A DNA stretch of 64,000 nucleotides. Source: an uncultured Bacillaceae bacterium. Lineage in GTDB: Bacteria > Bacillota > Bacilli > Caldalkalibacillales > Caldalkalibacillaceae. The notes below the pieces were generated by a model. The model worked only from the letters and a program-made list of their open reading frames with translations. It had not been told where the DNA came from and made no database searches. Position numbers and translations under genes: made by a program. Of the stretch, positions 10,692-22,587 are shown in pieces (the first letter of the stretch is position 1; each line of letters starts with the position of its first letter). The stretch covers positions 835 through 64,834 of the forward strand of contig CALFAC010000136.1 of assembly GCA_937927935.1 (NCBI GenBank), in the 5' to 3' direction.

Positions 10692-11527
10692 TTGGCGTCC
10701 GCTTTAAAAAAGCTGGAAAAATCTATTATTTTGACCCTGATGGCCATCCTGTCCAACCTGACCAGTTTGTTATTGTGGAAACTTCCCGGGGAGTTGAGTA
10801 CGGCAAAGTGGTCCTTCCACTTAAAGAGGTGGATGAAAACGATGTGGTTTTGCCCTTAAAAAAAGTGCTGCGCATCGCTTCCAAAGAGGATGAACAACAG
10901 GTTGAAGCAAATAAAAAGCTGGCCGAAAAGGCATATCACATCTGTTTGGAAAAAATTGAAGAGCACGGTTTAGAGATGAAATTAATTGATGTGGAATATA
11001 CCTTTGACCGGAACAAGGTGATCTTCTATTTTACGGCTGATGGACGGGTTGACTTTCGGGAATTGGTTAAAGATTTGGCGTCCATTTTTAGAACGCGCAT
11101 TGAACTGCGTCAAATCGGCGTACGCGATGAAGCTAAAATGTTGGGGGGCATTGGCCCCTGCGGCAGGGTGCTTTGCTGTTCTTCCTTCCTGGGGGATTTT
11201 GAACCCGTCTCGATAAAGATGGCCAAAGACCAGAACCTCTCCCTCAATCCCAGTAAAATTTCGGGCTTGTGTGGTCGGCTGATGTGTTGTCTAAAATATG
11301 AAAATGATTATTATGAAGAAGCTCTAAAAGAGCTGCCTGATATCGGCGAAGAGATGATCACTCCCCTTGGGCCGGGGCGGGTGATTGGCCTTAATCTTTT
11401 AGACAAGCTGGTGCAGGTGCAACTGAAAGATAGCGAGCGGGTGGTGGTGTTTACCACGGAGGAACTGATTAAAGCGCCGCCCTCTTCCTACCAAACAGAG
11501 TTTCCTGCGGGAGAGTCCCCCAGTTAA
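10679..11527 (+). CDS. yaaT: PSP1-domain stage 0 sporulation protein YaaT/RicT
   Basis: PSP1 C-terminal domain with a Cys cluster ([21 protein letters not shown]). TTG start follows AAGGAGG and overlaps the holB stop. Confidence 0.9.
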   Translation: MYQVVGVRFKKAGKIYYFDPDGHPVQPDQFVIVETSRGVEYGKVVLPLKEVDENDVVLPLKKVLRIASKEDEQQVEANKKLAEKAYHICLEKIEEHGLEMKLIDVEYTFDRNKVIFYFTADGRVDFRELVKDLASIFRTRIELRQIGVRDEAKMLGGIGPCGRVLCCSSFLGDFEPVSIKMAKDQNLSLNPSKISGLCGRLMCCLKYENDYYEEALKELPDIGEEMITPLGPGRVIGLNLLDKLVQVQLKDSERVVVFTTEELIKAPPSSYQTEFPAGESPS

Positions 11528-11544
11528 AGAACATATTCTGGGCT

Positions 11545-11913
11545 GTGCCGGGGGTGGAGAAGGTGCCGGAGCATAAGAAACAGCTTGTAGAGCAGATCAC
11601 CCATTTGGAGTTGCAAGTTGAGGGGATGCTCAAACAGCTGGACCTAATCAAGGATTACATCGCCCAGCTGGTGGAAGAGAACCATGGGTTGATCGTGGAA
11701 AATGAGAAGCTGCGTCATCGTCTGGAAATGGCGATGGCGAAGGAGCTGGGTGACAAAAAACAGAATAAAGAGAGGAGCAAGGGACCGGTGGGGGAAGGGC
11801 ACGATAATTTGGCCCGCCTCTATTTGGAAGGGTTTCATATCTGCCATACGCATTTTGGCCGTTTGCGCCAAGATGGCGACTGCCTGTTTTGCTTGTCCTT
11901 TTTGAAGAAATAG
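11545..11913 (+). CDS. yabA: DNA replication initiation control protein YabA
   Basis: N-terminal leucine-zipper helix ([19 protein letters not shown]) and C-terminal zinc motif (CHTHF...CLFC). The start codon is uncertain, with several in-frame GTGs. Confidence 0.85.
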   Translation: MPGVEKVPEHKKQLVEQITHLELQVEGMLKQLDLIKDYIAQLVEENHGLIVENEKLRHRLEMAMAKELGDKKQNKERSKGPVGEGHDNLARLYLEGFHICHTHFGRLRQDGDCLFCLSFLKK

Positions 11914-12038
11914 GTGTGTTCTGGGGTCTGGCTGACAGGCTCTATTTTTTTCTTTCCAACCCAGGAAACCATCTGACCAAAGAAAGTAAGGGAACATTAA
12001 TAACTTGATTTAAAACAGTGAAGTGGAAAGCGGGACCC

Positions 12039-12797
12039 ATCATGATTCAACTGGCTAAAGATGAGCGTTTGGATTACTTGCCGATTCAAAACCTCCAAAT
12101 TATTCAAAGTGAAACCATCTTCTCCTTTTCTTTGGATGCCGTTTTGTTGGCCCAGTTTGCCTGGCTGCCCCTTAAGCAGGGGAAAATCATGGATCTGTGT
12201 ACCGGAAACGGGGCCATCCCCCTTCTTCTGTCCACCCGAACCCGGGCCAAGATCGAAGGGCTTGAGATCCAGGAGCGGGTGGTGGATATGGCGGTACGCA
12301 GCGTCTACCTCAACGACAAAGAAGACCAGATTAAGATTTATCCCCTGGACATCAAGGCGGCGCCCGCTTACTTTGAGCGGAACAGCTATGATGTGATCAC
12401 CTGCAATCCGCCCTATCTACCTGTTCAACAGGGAGAGATTAATCTTAATCCCCATGTGGCCGTCGCCCGCCATGAGCTATTGTGCACCCTGGAAGATGTT
12501 CTGCTGACGGCGAGCCGCCTTTTAAGACCCAAGGGGCGCCTAGCCCTGGTTCACCGTCCCAGTCGGCTGGCCGATCTATTCACCTTGATGCGCCGCTACC
12601 AGTTGGAGCCTAAAAGGATGTGCCTGGTTTATCCCAAAGAGGATAAGCCCCCCAATATGGTTCTAATTGAAGGTTTAAAACAGGGCCAAGCTGAACTGAC
12701 CTTGCTGCCGCCGTTAATCGTGTACGGCCCTGACAATCGCTATACCCCTCAGATGCACCGGATCTTTCAGGGGCAACAAACGGTGGGAGGCATTTGA
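12039..12797 (+). CDS. yabB: SAM-dependent methyltransferase, tRNA m6A37 TrmN6/YabB family
   Basis: SAM motif (DLCTGNG) and NPPY motif (CNPPYL). The N-terminus MIQLAKDERLDYL resembles YabB. Confidence 0.8.
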   Translation: MMIQLAKDERLDYLPIQNLQIIQSETIFSFSLDAVLLAQFAWLPLKQGKIMDLCTGNGAIPLLLSTRTRAKIEGLEIQERVVDMAVRSVYLNDKEDQIKIYPLDIKAAPAYFERNSYDVITCNPPYLPVQQGEINLNPHVAVARHELLCTLEDVLLTASRLLRPKGRLALVHRPSRLADLFTLMRRYQLEPKRMCLVYPKEDKPPNMVLIEGLKQGQAELTLLPPLIVYGPDNRYTPQMHRIFQGQQTVGGI

Positions 12798-12798
12798 T

Positions 12799-13692
12799 AT
12801 GGTCTGGATTCAAAAAAGTTTTGAGGAAGCTAGGCAGGGGCTGTTATATTTGGTCCCCACGCCCATTGGCAACCTGGAAGATATCACCTTGAGAGCCCTC
12901 AAGGTGCTGGAAGATGTGGATTACATTGCCTGTGAAGACACCCGCCAAACGCTGAAACTGTTAAACCACTTCAACATCAAGAAAAAATTGGTCTCCTATC
13001 ATGAACATAATCAGCGGGAAAAAGGCCCCCAGATTGTGGCTGACCTTACAGAGGGCAAGCGGATTGCTTTGGTGAGCGATGCCGGAATGCCGGCCATTTC
13101 AGATCCAGGGGAAGATTTGGTCCGCCTGGCCATAGACGCTAAGATTCCCGTGATCAGCCTGCCTGGCCCCAATGCCGCTTTAACGGGGCTTGTCGCCTCT
13201 GGTCTTGCCACCCGTCATTTTTTGTTTTATGGCTTCCTTTCCCGCAAAGGGTCGGAGCGACGTCAGGAGCTGGCCCAATTGCGCTCCTTACCCTACACCC
13301 TTCTCTTTTATGTAGCCCCCCATCATCTATTAGAAACCTTAAGCGATATGCGGGACATTTTAGGTGAACGGCAAGCGGCCCTCATTAAGGAGATCAGTAA
13401 ACTTCACGAACAATATGTGCGGGGAAAGCTTGCCGAATTGATTGAATGGGCTACTTTGGAAACGATTCGGGGAGAATATATGCTGGTTGTGGAACCCTAT
13501 CAGGGGCAGGACGATGAAGAAGCGCACCCTTGGTGGCACCAGCTGAACATCACCCACCATGTGGCTCACTATATTCAGCAGGGGTTAAAACCGAACGAAG
13601 CCATAAAAAGGACGGCTCGCGACCGCTCCCTTCCCAAGCGGAAGGTGTACCAGATTTATCACGGCCTGAAGGAAGGACAGGGTGGTGAATAA
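12799..13692 (+). CDS. rsmI: 16S rRNA 2'-O-ribose C1402 methyltransferase RsmI
   Basis: Tetrapyrrole-methylase fold with LYLVPTPIGNLEDIT and EDTR motifs. Confidence 0.9.
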   Translation: MVWIQKSFEEARQGLLYLVPTPIGNLEDITLRALKVLEDVDYIACEDTRQTLKLLNHFNIKKKLVSYHEHNQREKGPQIVADLTEGKRIALVSDAGMPAISDPGEDLVRLAIDAKIPVISLPGPNAALTGLVASGLATRHFLFYGFLSRKGSERRQELAQLRSLPYTLLFYVAPHHLLETLSDMRDILGERQAALIKEISKLHEQYVRGKLAELIEWATLETIRGEYMLVVEPYQGQDDEEAHPWWHQLNITHHVAHYIQQGLKPNEAIKRTARDRSLPKRKVYQIYHGLKEGQGGE

Positions 13693-13727
13693 CCCGCTTT
13701 TGGACTAAACAGAATGATCTTGGAAAC

Positions 13728-14021
13728 TTATTCGGTTTCCCTTTTTTTCAAATACTCCTGGAAAATGGGAATCAGCTTTTCAACTGCCCCGGGGCTTAAT
13801 ACAATTTTTCCTTCGTTCAGCACCAAATTATCTTCGCTGATCTGTCCGGTGATCATGCAGGCCATGCGGGGCTCATATTTTTTTAAAATGATCTTATCAT
13901 CATCCACATAAATTTCGAGGGCATCCTTTTCAGCAATGCCTAACGATCGCCGCAGTTCAATGGGGATCACCACCCGGCCCAGTTCGTCAACCTTGCGAAC
14001 AATTCCGGTGCTTTTCACCAC
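13728..14021 (-). CDS. abrB: transition state regulator AbrB
   Basis: KSTGIVRKVDELGRVVIPIELRRSLGIAEKDALEIYVDDDKIILKKY is nearly identical to the B. subtilis AbrB N-domain. Same inverted orientation relative to its neighbours. Confidence 0.92.
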   Translation of the reverse strand: MVKSTGIVRKVDELGRVVIPIELRRSLGIAEKDALEIYVDDDKIILKKYEPRMACMITGQISEDNLVLNEGKIVLSPGAVEKLIPIFQEYLKKRETE

Positions 14022-14164
14022 TCTTTACACCTCTCCTATCCCTATATTTCATAAATTTTGACAAAAGTGAGAACTCATTGAAAATATAACGTTCCTTTTT
14101 ATAGCCATATAATACCAATTCTACCTGAAGTCGTCAATTGGTTTTAGTCAAAAAGGTTGGTTTA

Positions 14165-14181
14165 TTCGACACAATTCGATT
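14165..14181 (-). promoter_or_regulatory. candidate tandem Spo0A boxes upstream of abrB
   Basis: The - strand reads AATCGAA-TTG-TGTCGAA: one perfect 0A box (TGTCGAA) and one 5/7 box, separated by 3 bp. This is the same tandem layout as the B. subtilis abrB operator. Confidence 0.4.
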
Positions 14182-14237
14182 TTTTTATCCCTAGACTAAG
14201 GGACTGAAAGTCTTGCCTGCACCTGTTTTTCGCTATC

Positions 14238-14266
14238 TTGACATTTGGATTTCCCTCAGGTATATT
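14238..14266 (+). promoter_or_regulatory. sigma-A promoter for metS
   Basis: TTGACA (14238-14243), 17-nt spacer, TATATT (14261-14266). SD TAGGAGGG lies at 14277-14284. Confidence 0.55.
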
Positions 14267-14287
14267 TTGGGCAAATTAGGAGGGTAA

Positions 14288-16270
<1,983 letters not shown>

Positions 16271-16353
16271 GGAATCTTAAGCCCTGAAAAATTAATTTCC
16301 CTTTCATTTAAGGCCAGCTCCTGGCGATGAGATAGAAAAGAAGGAGGACAACG

Positions 16354-17124
16354 ATGCTTTTTGACACCCATGCCCATCTGAATGATGCCCGTTTTGATGA
16401 GGATCGGGCGCAAGTGATCCAAAGGGCCAAGGATAACGGCGTATCACTCATTGTCAACGTGGGCTATAATCATGAAACTATCACCGAAACCATCCAGCTG
16501 GCTGAGACGTATGACTGGATCTATGCAGCGGTGGGCTGGCATCCCAATGAGGCTCACCGCTGTGATGATCAAGCTTTAAGTCGGATCGAAGAGCTGGCCA
16601 AAACCCACCCCAAGGTGGTGGCCATCGGGGAGACAGGTCTCGATTACTACCGCGATTATGCTTCACCTGAAGTTCAACAGATTGTCTTTCGCCGGCAGAT
16701 TGAGCTGGCCAAACGGGTGAAGAAGCCCCTGGTGATCCATAATCGGGAGGCGAGCCATGATGTGGTGGCCATTTTGCAAGAGGAAGGGGCGGAGCAAGTA
16801 GGGGGCGTGATGCATTGTTTCAGCGGGGATGAAGCATTGGCCCGGCAATGCTTGGAGCTGGGCTTTTATATTTCCTTTGGCGGCCCCCTCACCTTTAAAA
16901 ATGCGGGAAAGCTTAGAGAGGTGGCCCGCTTTGTGCCTTTGGACCGGATCTTGATTGAGACGGACTGTCCTTATCTGGCCCCCCACCCTTTAAGGGGAAA
17001 ACGGAATGAATCGGCCTATGTCCGTTATGTGGCGGAGGAACTGGCCCGCCTTTATCAGCTGGAGCTGGACGAGATCGGGCGGATCACCCTGGAAAATGGG
17101 AAGCGGCTGTTTGGACTGCCGTAA
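16354..17124 (+). CDS. tatD: TatD-family metal-dependent DNase/hydrolase (YabD)
   Basis: FDTHAHLN, GETGLDY, HCFSG and ETDCPYLAP motifs. Confidence 0.9.
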   Translation: MLFDTHAHLNDARFDEDRAQVIQRAKDNGVSLIVNVGYNHETITETIQLAETYDWIYAAVGWHPNEAHRCDDQALSRIEELAKTHPKVVAIGETGLDYYRDYASPEVQQIVFRRQIELAKRVKKPLVIHNREASHDVVAILQEEGAEQVGGVMHCFSGDEALARQCLELGFYISFGGPLTFKNAGKLREVARFVPLDRILIETDCPYLAPHPLRGKRNESAYVRYVAEELARLYQLELDEIGRITLENGKRLFGLP

Positions 17125-17151
17125 GGGCAGGCAAAATAAAGGGAGGTCCCC

Positions 17152-18030
17152 ATGATGGATCCCATTGTTAACCCAACCCGAACGCGACGCATTTTGGAAA
17201 AGTATGGTTTTGCCTTTAAGAAAAGTTTAGGGCAAAACTTTTTAATTGATCCCAATATTTTGCGGGTGATTTCAGCCCAGGCTGAACTGGACGCAAGCAC
17301 CGGCGTGATTGAAGTGGGGGCAGGCATCGGCACCTTGACTGAGGAGCTGGCTAAACAGGCGGGCCGGGTGCTTTCCTTCGAGATTGACCAGCGTCTCATC
17401 CCCATTTTAGAAGAGACGCTAAAACCCTATTCAAACATTAAGCTGATTTACCAAGATGTCTTAAAAGCCGATGTGAAGCATCTGGCCAAAAAGTGGCTTA
17501 AAGGATTGCCTCACATTAAAGTGGTGGCCAACTTGCCGTACTATGTGACCACACCCATTCTCACCCATCTGCTAGAAAACGGCCCTTCCTTTGAAGCGAT
17601 GGTGATCATGGTGCAAAAAGAGGTGGCCCAACGCCTGTTGGCCAAACCGGGCACCAAGGACTACGGCTCCCTCACAGTGTTTGTTCAGTACTATTTGGAA
17701 CCTCACTTTTACAAGGTGATCCCCAGGCAAGTGTTTATCCCCCAGCCTCATGTAGATTCTGCTTTACTTAAACTGATCCGCAGGCAAGAACCCCCGGTTA
17801 AAGTGGTGGATGAGCCCTTTTTCTTTCAAATGGTGCGGGCTTGTTTTGCCAAGCGGCGCAAAACATTGCTCAATAATTTGCTTCCCTTTGCCGGAGAGGA
17901 TCAAAAGGAACCCCTGCTGAAACTTTTGGCTGACCTGGCCATCTCCCCTCAAGCTAGGGGGGAAAGTTTAAGCATTGAGCAGTTTGCCGCCTTGGCTAAC
18001 GCTCTTTATCCCATACTGCAGCCAAGATAA
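17152..18030 (+). CDS. rsmA: 16S rRNA (adenine1518/1519-N6)-dimethyltransferase
   Basis: LGQNFL, VIEVGAGIGTLT and NLPYY motifs. Confidence 0.95.
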   Translation: MMDPIVNPTRTRRILEKYGFAFKKSLGQNFLIDPNILRVISAQAELDASTGVIEVGAGIGTLTEELAKQAGRVLSFEIDQRLIPILEETLKPYSNIKLIYQDVLKADVKHLAKKWLKGLPHIKVVANLPYYVTTPILTHLLENGPSFEAMVIMVQKEVAQRLLAKPGTKDYGSLTVFVQYYLEPHFYKVIPRQVFIPQPHVDSALLKLIRRQEPPVKVVDEPFFFQMVRACFAKRRKTLLNNLLPFAGEDQKEPLLKLLADLAISPQARGESLSIEQFAALANALYPILQPR

Positions 18031-18080
18031 GCACCCTCCTTCCTTGTTGAGGCATAAGATAGAGGGAGGGAGGGGTCAGC

Positions 18081-18905
18081 ATGCAATTTAAAGCGGGCGA
18101 TATCGTAGCACGAAAATCATATGGCGGGGATGTTCATTTTCAAATCGTTTCCATCAACCAGGACCTGGGAATGGCTGAGCTGAAGGGCGTGGACATGCGC
18201 CTTTGGGCCGATGCCCCCCTATCCGATTTGGTTCATGTAGACGATGAAGTGAGGGGACGGGTGCGCCAAAGGGAAGAAGAACAGACCGCCAGCTCAATGC
18301 GGGCTTTGAAACGGAATAGGAAAGACGATTGGTCCCATCGTTTTAAGATCCCCGGCCGGGTATTGCATCTGGACGGAGACTCATCTTATCTAAAAAAATG
18401 TCTGGCCGCCTATCGTGAATTGGATATTCCTGTCTATGGCATTCATATCGTTGAACGGGAGATGCCTAAGCAGGTATATGCTTTATTAAGTTCATTTCAG
18501 CCTGATATTTTGGTCATTACCGGTCATGACGCTTACCTGCGTTCTAAGGGAGATAAACATGATCTGGCCGCTTACCGTCACTCTAGCTATTTTCGGGAAG
18601 CGGTTCGGGCGGCCAGGCAGTATGAGCGCAACAGGGACAATTTAATCATTTTTTCAGGCGCTTGTCAGTCCCACTTTGAAGCGTTGATTGAGGCGGGAGC
18701 CAATTACGCTTCTGCCCCTGATCGGGTGAACATCCATTGTCTTGATCCCGTTTATGTGGTGGAACAGGCCTGCTATACGCCCATTGATCAGATTATTGAT
18801 TTGGACACCGTGCTTCATTATTCCGTAACAGGAAGTTCCGGTTTAGGGGGAATTGACACCCGAGGTACGTTCCGCCTGGGGATGCCTCAGCTGTCCATTT
18901 CATAA
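18081..18905 (+). CDS. yabG: sporulation-specific protease YabG
   Basis: Full-length similarity to the YabG family (ILVITGHDA, GACQSHFE). Position is rsmA-yabG-veg. Confidence 0.85.
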   Translation: MQFKAGDIVARKSYGGDVHFQIVSINQDLGMAELKGVDMRLWADAPLSDLVHVDDEVRGRVRQREEEQTASSMRALKRNRKDDWSHRFKIPGRVLHLDGDSSYLKKCLAAYRELDIPVYGIHIVEREMPKQVYALLSSFQPDILVITGHDAYLRSKGDKHDLAAYRHSSYFREAVRAARQYERNRDNLIIFSGACQSHFEALIEAGANYASAPDRVNIHCLDPVYVVEQACYTPIDQIIDLDTVLHYSVTGSSGLGGIDTRGTFRLGMPQLSIS

Positions 18906-18912
18906 ATTTATA

Positions 18913-18982
18913 TTGACAAAAGAAATGTCCAGTTGCTATAATATTCATTTCGTTTGACTACACTAGGCCCCTGTGGTATAAT
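18913..18982 (+). promoter_or_regulatory. two tandem near-consensus sigma-A promoters for veg
   Basis: P1 is TTGACA (18913-18918), 18-nt spacer, TGcTATAAT (-10 at 18937-18942). P2 is TTGACT (18954-18959), 17-nt spacer, TGgTATAAT (-10 at 18977-18982). Confidence 0.6.
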
Positions 18983-19001
18983 GTACCTCGAGGTGGTCGT
19001 G

Positions 19002-19280
19002 GTGGCAAAAAACGCGTTGCTTGATATCAAACGCAATTTGGATCAATATATTGGTCAGCGCATCACCTTAAAAGCAAACGGTGGACGGCGCAAGACCATT
19101 CAGCGTTCCGGTGTGTTGGAAGAGACTTACCCTTCCGTCTTTACCATCAAGCTGGATGAGAGTCAAAACAATTTTAAACGGGTTTCATACAGCTACGCCG
19201 ATATTTTGACGGAGACCGTGGAGTTAACCGTATACGTGGATGATGGTCACCACATCAAGATAACGTATAACGCAGACTGA
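19002..19280 (+). CDS. veg: Veg protein
   Basis: [30 protein letters not shown]...[16 protein letters not shown] closely matches B. subtilis Veg. GTG 19002 follows GAGGTGG. The ORF-track start at 18954 lies inside the promoter. Confidence 0.9.
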   Translation: MAKNALLDIKRNLDQYIGQRITLKANGGRRKTIQRSGVLEETYPSVFTIKLDESQNNFKRVSYSYADILTETVELTVYVDDGHHIKITYNAD

Positions 19281-19378
19281 TTCGCTTCTTTTATTTAACA
19301 GTTTTGCGCCTTATAATTGCCTTTCTGTTGGCTACACTAAGCATGATCGTTTCTTCCGCAAACAGGAGGGATCATGCA

Positions 19379-19564
19379 ATGGCCAGACGCCGTGGCGTCA
19401 TGTCCGAAGAACTGAAGGAAGAGTTGGCGAAGGAGCTAGGCTTTTACGATGTCGTCCAGCGGGAAGGCTGGGGAGGCATCAAGGCCCGTGACGCCGGCAA
19501 CATGGTGAGACGGGCTATTGAAATAGCCGAACAGCAGCTAGCTCAAAACCGACAATCCAAGTAG
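19379..19564 (+). CDS. sspF: SspF-like small acid-soluble spore protein (alpha/beta-type SASP family)
   Basis: [15 protein letters not shown]...[15 protein letters not shown] matches the SASP helix-turn-helix signature. ATG 19379 follows AGGAGG. Position after veg. Confidence 0.75.
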   Translation: MARRRGVMSEELKEELAKELGFYDVVQREGWGGIKARDAGNMVRRAIEIAEQQLAQNRQSK

Positions 19565-19636
19565 TGGAGGACAGACAAGGCGTATTTGGTTTGGCAATTG
19601 CGCAAGTAAGACCTATGCCGGAAAGAAACGATCAAG

Positions 19637-19662
19637 CCGGGGAGCACTTCCCCGGTTTTTTC
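19637..19662 (+). terminator. intrinsic terminator after sspF
   Basis: CCGGGGA-GCAC-TTCCCCGG hairpin followed by a T-run. Confidence 0.75.
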
Positions 19663-19743
19663 GTCTGTGCAGCCGGACGTCTTTCGTGATACAATGGTTA
19701 GCACAATGCTGCAGCAAAGAAAGTGGTAATGGGGAGAGTATCC

Positions 19744-20598
19744 GTGTCAGTGTTAATGAAAGCCCCGGCGAAAATTAATTTATCCATCGATGTTTTATTT
19801 AAGCGACCGGATGGTTATCATGAAGTGGAAATGGTGATGACCACCATTGATCTGTCTGATCGTCTGGAACTGGTGCCCCGCCAGGACAGCCAAATCGTGA
19901 TTGAATCATCGGCCAGTTTTATCCCCCGGGATGAACGCAACTTGGCCTATCAAGCGGCTGAGCTGCTTCAAAAGCGGTTTGGGATCTCAACAGGGGTCAC
20001 CATCCATATCGAAAAACAGATTCCAGTGGCGGCAGGGTTGGCCGGGGGATCCAGCGATGCAGCAGCTGTGCTTAAAGGGTTAAACCAGTTGTGGCAACTG
20101 GGTTTAAGCACGGAGGAGATGGCTCAGTTGGGCGCCTCCATCGGTTCCGATGTGGCCTTTTGTGTCTATGGGGGAACGGCCTTGGCCAAAGGGAGAGGGG
20201 AACAGATTACGCCCTTGCCCTCTCCACCCCCTTTCTGGGTCATCTTGGCCAAACCCCCTTTGGGGGTGTCCACCGCCCATGTGTATCAGCATCTCGATTT
20301 AAACAAGATGACTCGGCGACCCGATACCCAGAGCATTATTGCGGCTTTAAAGCAAGGCAATTTTTCCTTGCTGACCAAAAGCATGGCCAATGTGTTGGAA
20401 AGCGTCACCCTGGAACACTATCCCCAGGTGAAATGGTACAAGGAGAAGATGGTCGAATTTGGGGCAGACGGGGTGCTGATGTCAGGCAGTGGCCCCACCA
20501 TCTTTGGTCTCGTTCAAAAGGAGTCCCGGGCTTGGCGAATCTATAACGGCTTTAAAGGATTTTGTCAGGACGTTCTGGTTGTCCGGGGACGGGGATAG
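19744..20598 (+). CDS. ispE: 4-diphosphocytidyl-2-C-methyl-D-erythritol kinase
   Basis: KAPAKINL N-terminus and GHMP motif [15 protein letters not shown]. Start is ambiguous (GTG 19723, GTG 19744 or ATG 19756); 19744 has the best spacing to GGGGAGAG. Confidence 0.9.
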   Translation: MSVLMKAPAKINLSIDVLFKRPDGYHEVEMVMTTIDLSDRLELVPRQDSQIVIESSASFIPRDERNLAYQAAELLQKRFGISTGVTIHIEKQIPVAAGLAGGSSDAAAVLKGLNQLWQLGLSTEEMAQLGASIGSDVAFCVYGGTALAKGRGEQITPLPSPPPFWVILAKPPLGVSTAHVYQHLDLNKMTRRPDTQSIIAALKQGNFSLLTKSMANVLESVTLEHYPQVKWYKEKMVEFGADGVLMSGSGPTIFGLVQKESRAWRIYNGFKGFCQDVLVVRGRG

Positions 20599-20670
20599 CC
20601 GGCCCCTCTACTCTGCCATTTATAAATGCCTGCTTAAATTGGCGTCAAGATTGCTTTGGGAGGCTTTGCG

Positions 20671-21495
20671 GTGAAAAAGTGGAAGCGAAGCGAACGGCTG
20701 GTCGATATGGTTCAATATTTAACCAGCCGCCCTCACCAACTGATTGCACTCACTCAATTTACTGAGCGTTATCAAGCGGCCAAATCATCCATCAGCGAAG
20801 ATCTGCAGATCATTAAAGAGACCTTACAGTTAAATGGGCAGGGTGAACTGATCACCACAGCCGGGGCGGCCGGTGGGGTGCGCTATATTCCAGCGGTCAG
20901 CCTAAAGTGGGCCCGCACCTGGGTGGAAGAGCTAAAACAAGGACTGGAAGATCCCAGTCGGCTTTTGCCGGGAGGCTATCTTTATTTAAGCGATTATTTA
21001 AGCCAGCCCCAACTGGTTAACCAAATGGGGCAAATCTTCAGCTCCCAATTTCGGCAGGCTGGCGTCGATTATGTGCTCACCATGGAAACCAAAGGAATTC
21101 CTTTAGCCTATGCCACCAGTCAATATCTTAATGTACCCTTCGTCATTGTTCGGAGGGACCATCGGGTGACAGAGGGGTCTGTGGTCAGCATCAACTATGT
21201 GTCCGGCTCCTCCAAGCGGATCCAAACCATGTCCCTGGCCCGTCGGAGCATGCCCCCCAATTGCAGAGTTTTAATTGTGGATGATTTTATGAAGGCGGGC
21301 GGCACCATTAAAGGCATGATGGATTTGCTCGAGGAGTTTGACGCTGAGGTGGCGGGAGCCTGTGTCTTTATGGAGTCGCTAGCGGCGCCAGAAAAATTGG
21401 TGGACAATGTGATCTCCTTGCTTCGCCTGGTCGAGGTGGACCCCGATCGAAAACGGATCAAGGTGCAACTCGGCAGCCTGTTTGAAACATGCTGA
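20671..21495 (+). CDS. purR: purine operon repressor PurR
   Basis: KRSERLVDMVQYLTSRPHQLI...AKSSISEDL winged-helix N-domain plus a PRT fold (VLIVDDFMKAGGT). GTG 20671 follows GGGAGG. Confidence 0.9.
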   Translation: MKKWKRSERLVDMVQYLTSRPHQLIALTQFTERYQAAKSSISEDLQIIKETLQLNGQGELITTAGAAGGVRYIPAVSLKWARTWVEELKQGLEDPSRLLPGGYLYLSDYLSQPQLVNQMGQIFSSQFRQAGVDYVLTMETKGIPLAYATSQYLNVPFVIVRRDHRVTEGSVVSINYVSGSSKRIQTMSLARRSMPPNCRVLIVDDFMKAGGTIKGMMDLLEEFDAEVAGACVFMESLAAPEKLVDNVISLLRLVEVDPDRKRIKVQLGSLFETC

Positions 21496-21510
21496 AAAGG
21501 AGGATGCTTT

Positions 21511-21897
21511 ATGGATAATCTGCAGCCGATTCAGACGGAACAAGCCCCAAAAGCGATTGGCCCTTACGCCCAAGCCATCAAAGTAGGTCCTTGGGTGTAT
21601 ACCTCCGGTCAAATTCCTCTCACCCCTGATGGACAGCTGGTCAAAGGAGATATCCAGGAACAGACCCGCCAAGTGTTAAACAATTTGGAAGCGGTGTTAA
21701 AAGCGGCAGGAGGCTCTTTACATAATGTGGTGAAAACTACTGTTTTTCTTACCGATCTGAATCAATTTGATCAAATGAATCAAATTTATGGCCAGTTTTT
21801 TAGCGAGCATCAACCGGCCCGCTCCTGCGTACAAGTGGCCCGCCTGCCTAAGGATGTACTGGTGGAAATTGAATGTGTCGCTTATCTCCCCAAATAA
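21511..21897 (+). CDS. ridA: RidA/YjgF-family enamine/imine deaminase (YabJ)
   Basis: [11 protein letters not shown]...GQIPL...[11 protein letters not shown] signature. Position after purR. Confidence 0.9.
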   Translation: MDNLQPIQTEQAPKAIGPYAQAIKVGPWVYTSGQIPLTPDGQLVKGDIQEQTRQVLNNLEAVLKAAGGSLHNVVKTTVFLTDLNQFDQMNQIYGQFFSEHQPARSCVQVARLPKDVLVEIECVAYLPK

Positions 21898-21915
21898 AAA
21901 TATAAACATCAACTG

Positions 21916-21947
21916 CCCGAATGACGCTGGTGCGTTCGGGTTTTTTT
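21916..21947 (+). terminator. intrinsic terminator after purR-ridA
   Basis: CCCGAA...TTCGGG stem followed by T7. Confidence 0.8.
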
Positions 21948-22014
21948 CTTGGTGGGATCTGTGACGAAAAACGGCTCATAAACGTAAAAAAATTTAAAAA
22001 TTTATAGGAGAATA

Positions 22015-22045
22015 GCAGGATTTTTCTGCCCCTATGTTGAAGTAT
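22015..22045 (+). promoter_or_regulatory. candidate sigma-H promoter of spoVG
   Basis: The -35 GCAGGATTT is identical to the remembered B. subtilis spoVG -35. A GAAGT -10-like element lies about 15 nt downstream, and an A/T-rich block lies upstream (21985-22005). Confidence 0.45.
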
Positions 22046-22091
22046 AAATAAACAATCTTTTACGAAATTTTGAAAGAAGGTGGTGCTTCAC

Positions 22092-22382
22092 ATGGAAGTG
22101 ACAGATGTAAGATTGCGTAGAGTACACACGGAGGGTCGCATGCGGGCAATCGCTTCAATCACCATTGACAATGAGTTTGTTGTCCATGATATCCGTGTGA
22201 TCGACGGAAATAATGGCATGTTTGTGGCTATGCCTTCCAAAAGAACGCCCGATGGCGAATTTCGAGACATCGCTCACCCCATTTCCTCAGCCACTCGCGA
22301 AAAGATACAGAAAGCGGTGCTGGCTGAGTATGAAGCCCAAAGCGAAAGCGACAAAGAAGAGATGGGAGCAGGCGCATCCTAA
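22092..22382 (+). CDS. spoVG: septation/sporulation regulator SpoVG
   Basis: [11 protein letters not shown]...[43 protein letters not shown] is a near-identical family signature. Confidence 0.95.
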   Translation: MEVTDVRLRRVHTEGRMRAIASITIDNEFVVHDIRVIDGNNGMFVAMPSKRTPDGEFRDIAHPISSATREKIQKAVLAEYEAQSESDKEEMGAGAS

Positions 22383-22416
22383 ATGGAACGGCTCTGTTTT
22401 GCCCCCCGGCATCAAT

Positions 22417-22454
22417 AAGAAGATCTGACAGAAATGTTAGGTCTTCTTTTTTAT
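22417..22454 (+). terminator. intrinsic terminator after spoVG
   Basis: AAGAAGATCT...AGGTCTTCTT stem (one mismatch) followed by a T-run. Confidence 0.6.
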
Positions 22455-22587
22455 TTTAGTTTTTATTTTAGAAGGAGCTTTAAGGCTTCACAGGAAGAGC
22501 AAATGCTTTCTTGAAAATGGGGCAGGATTAAGCTATAGTCATATCAGATATGTTAGAGAACGGCTCTTTTAAGGACGGAGGGAAGTC

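Noticed and set aside
20091-20546. 151-aa + strand ORF in an alternative frame of ispE
   Set aside because: It overlaps the well-supported ispE frame on the same strand. Its Gly/Arg/Trp-rich composition is typical of an off-frame translation.
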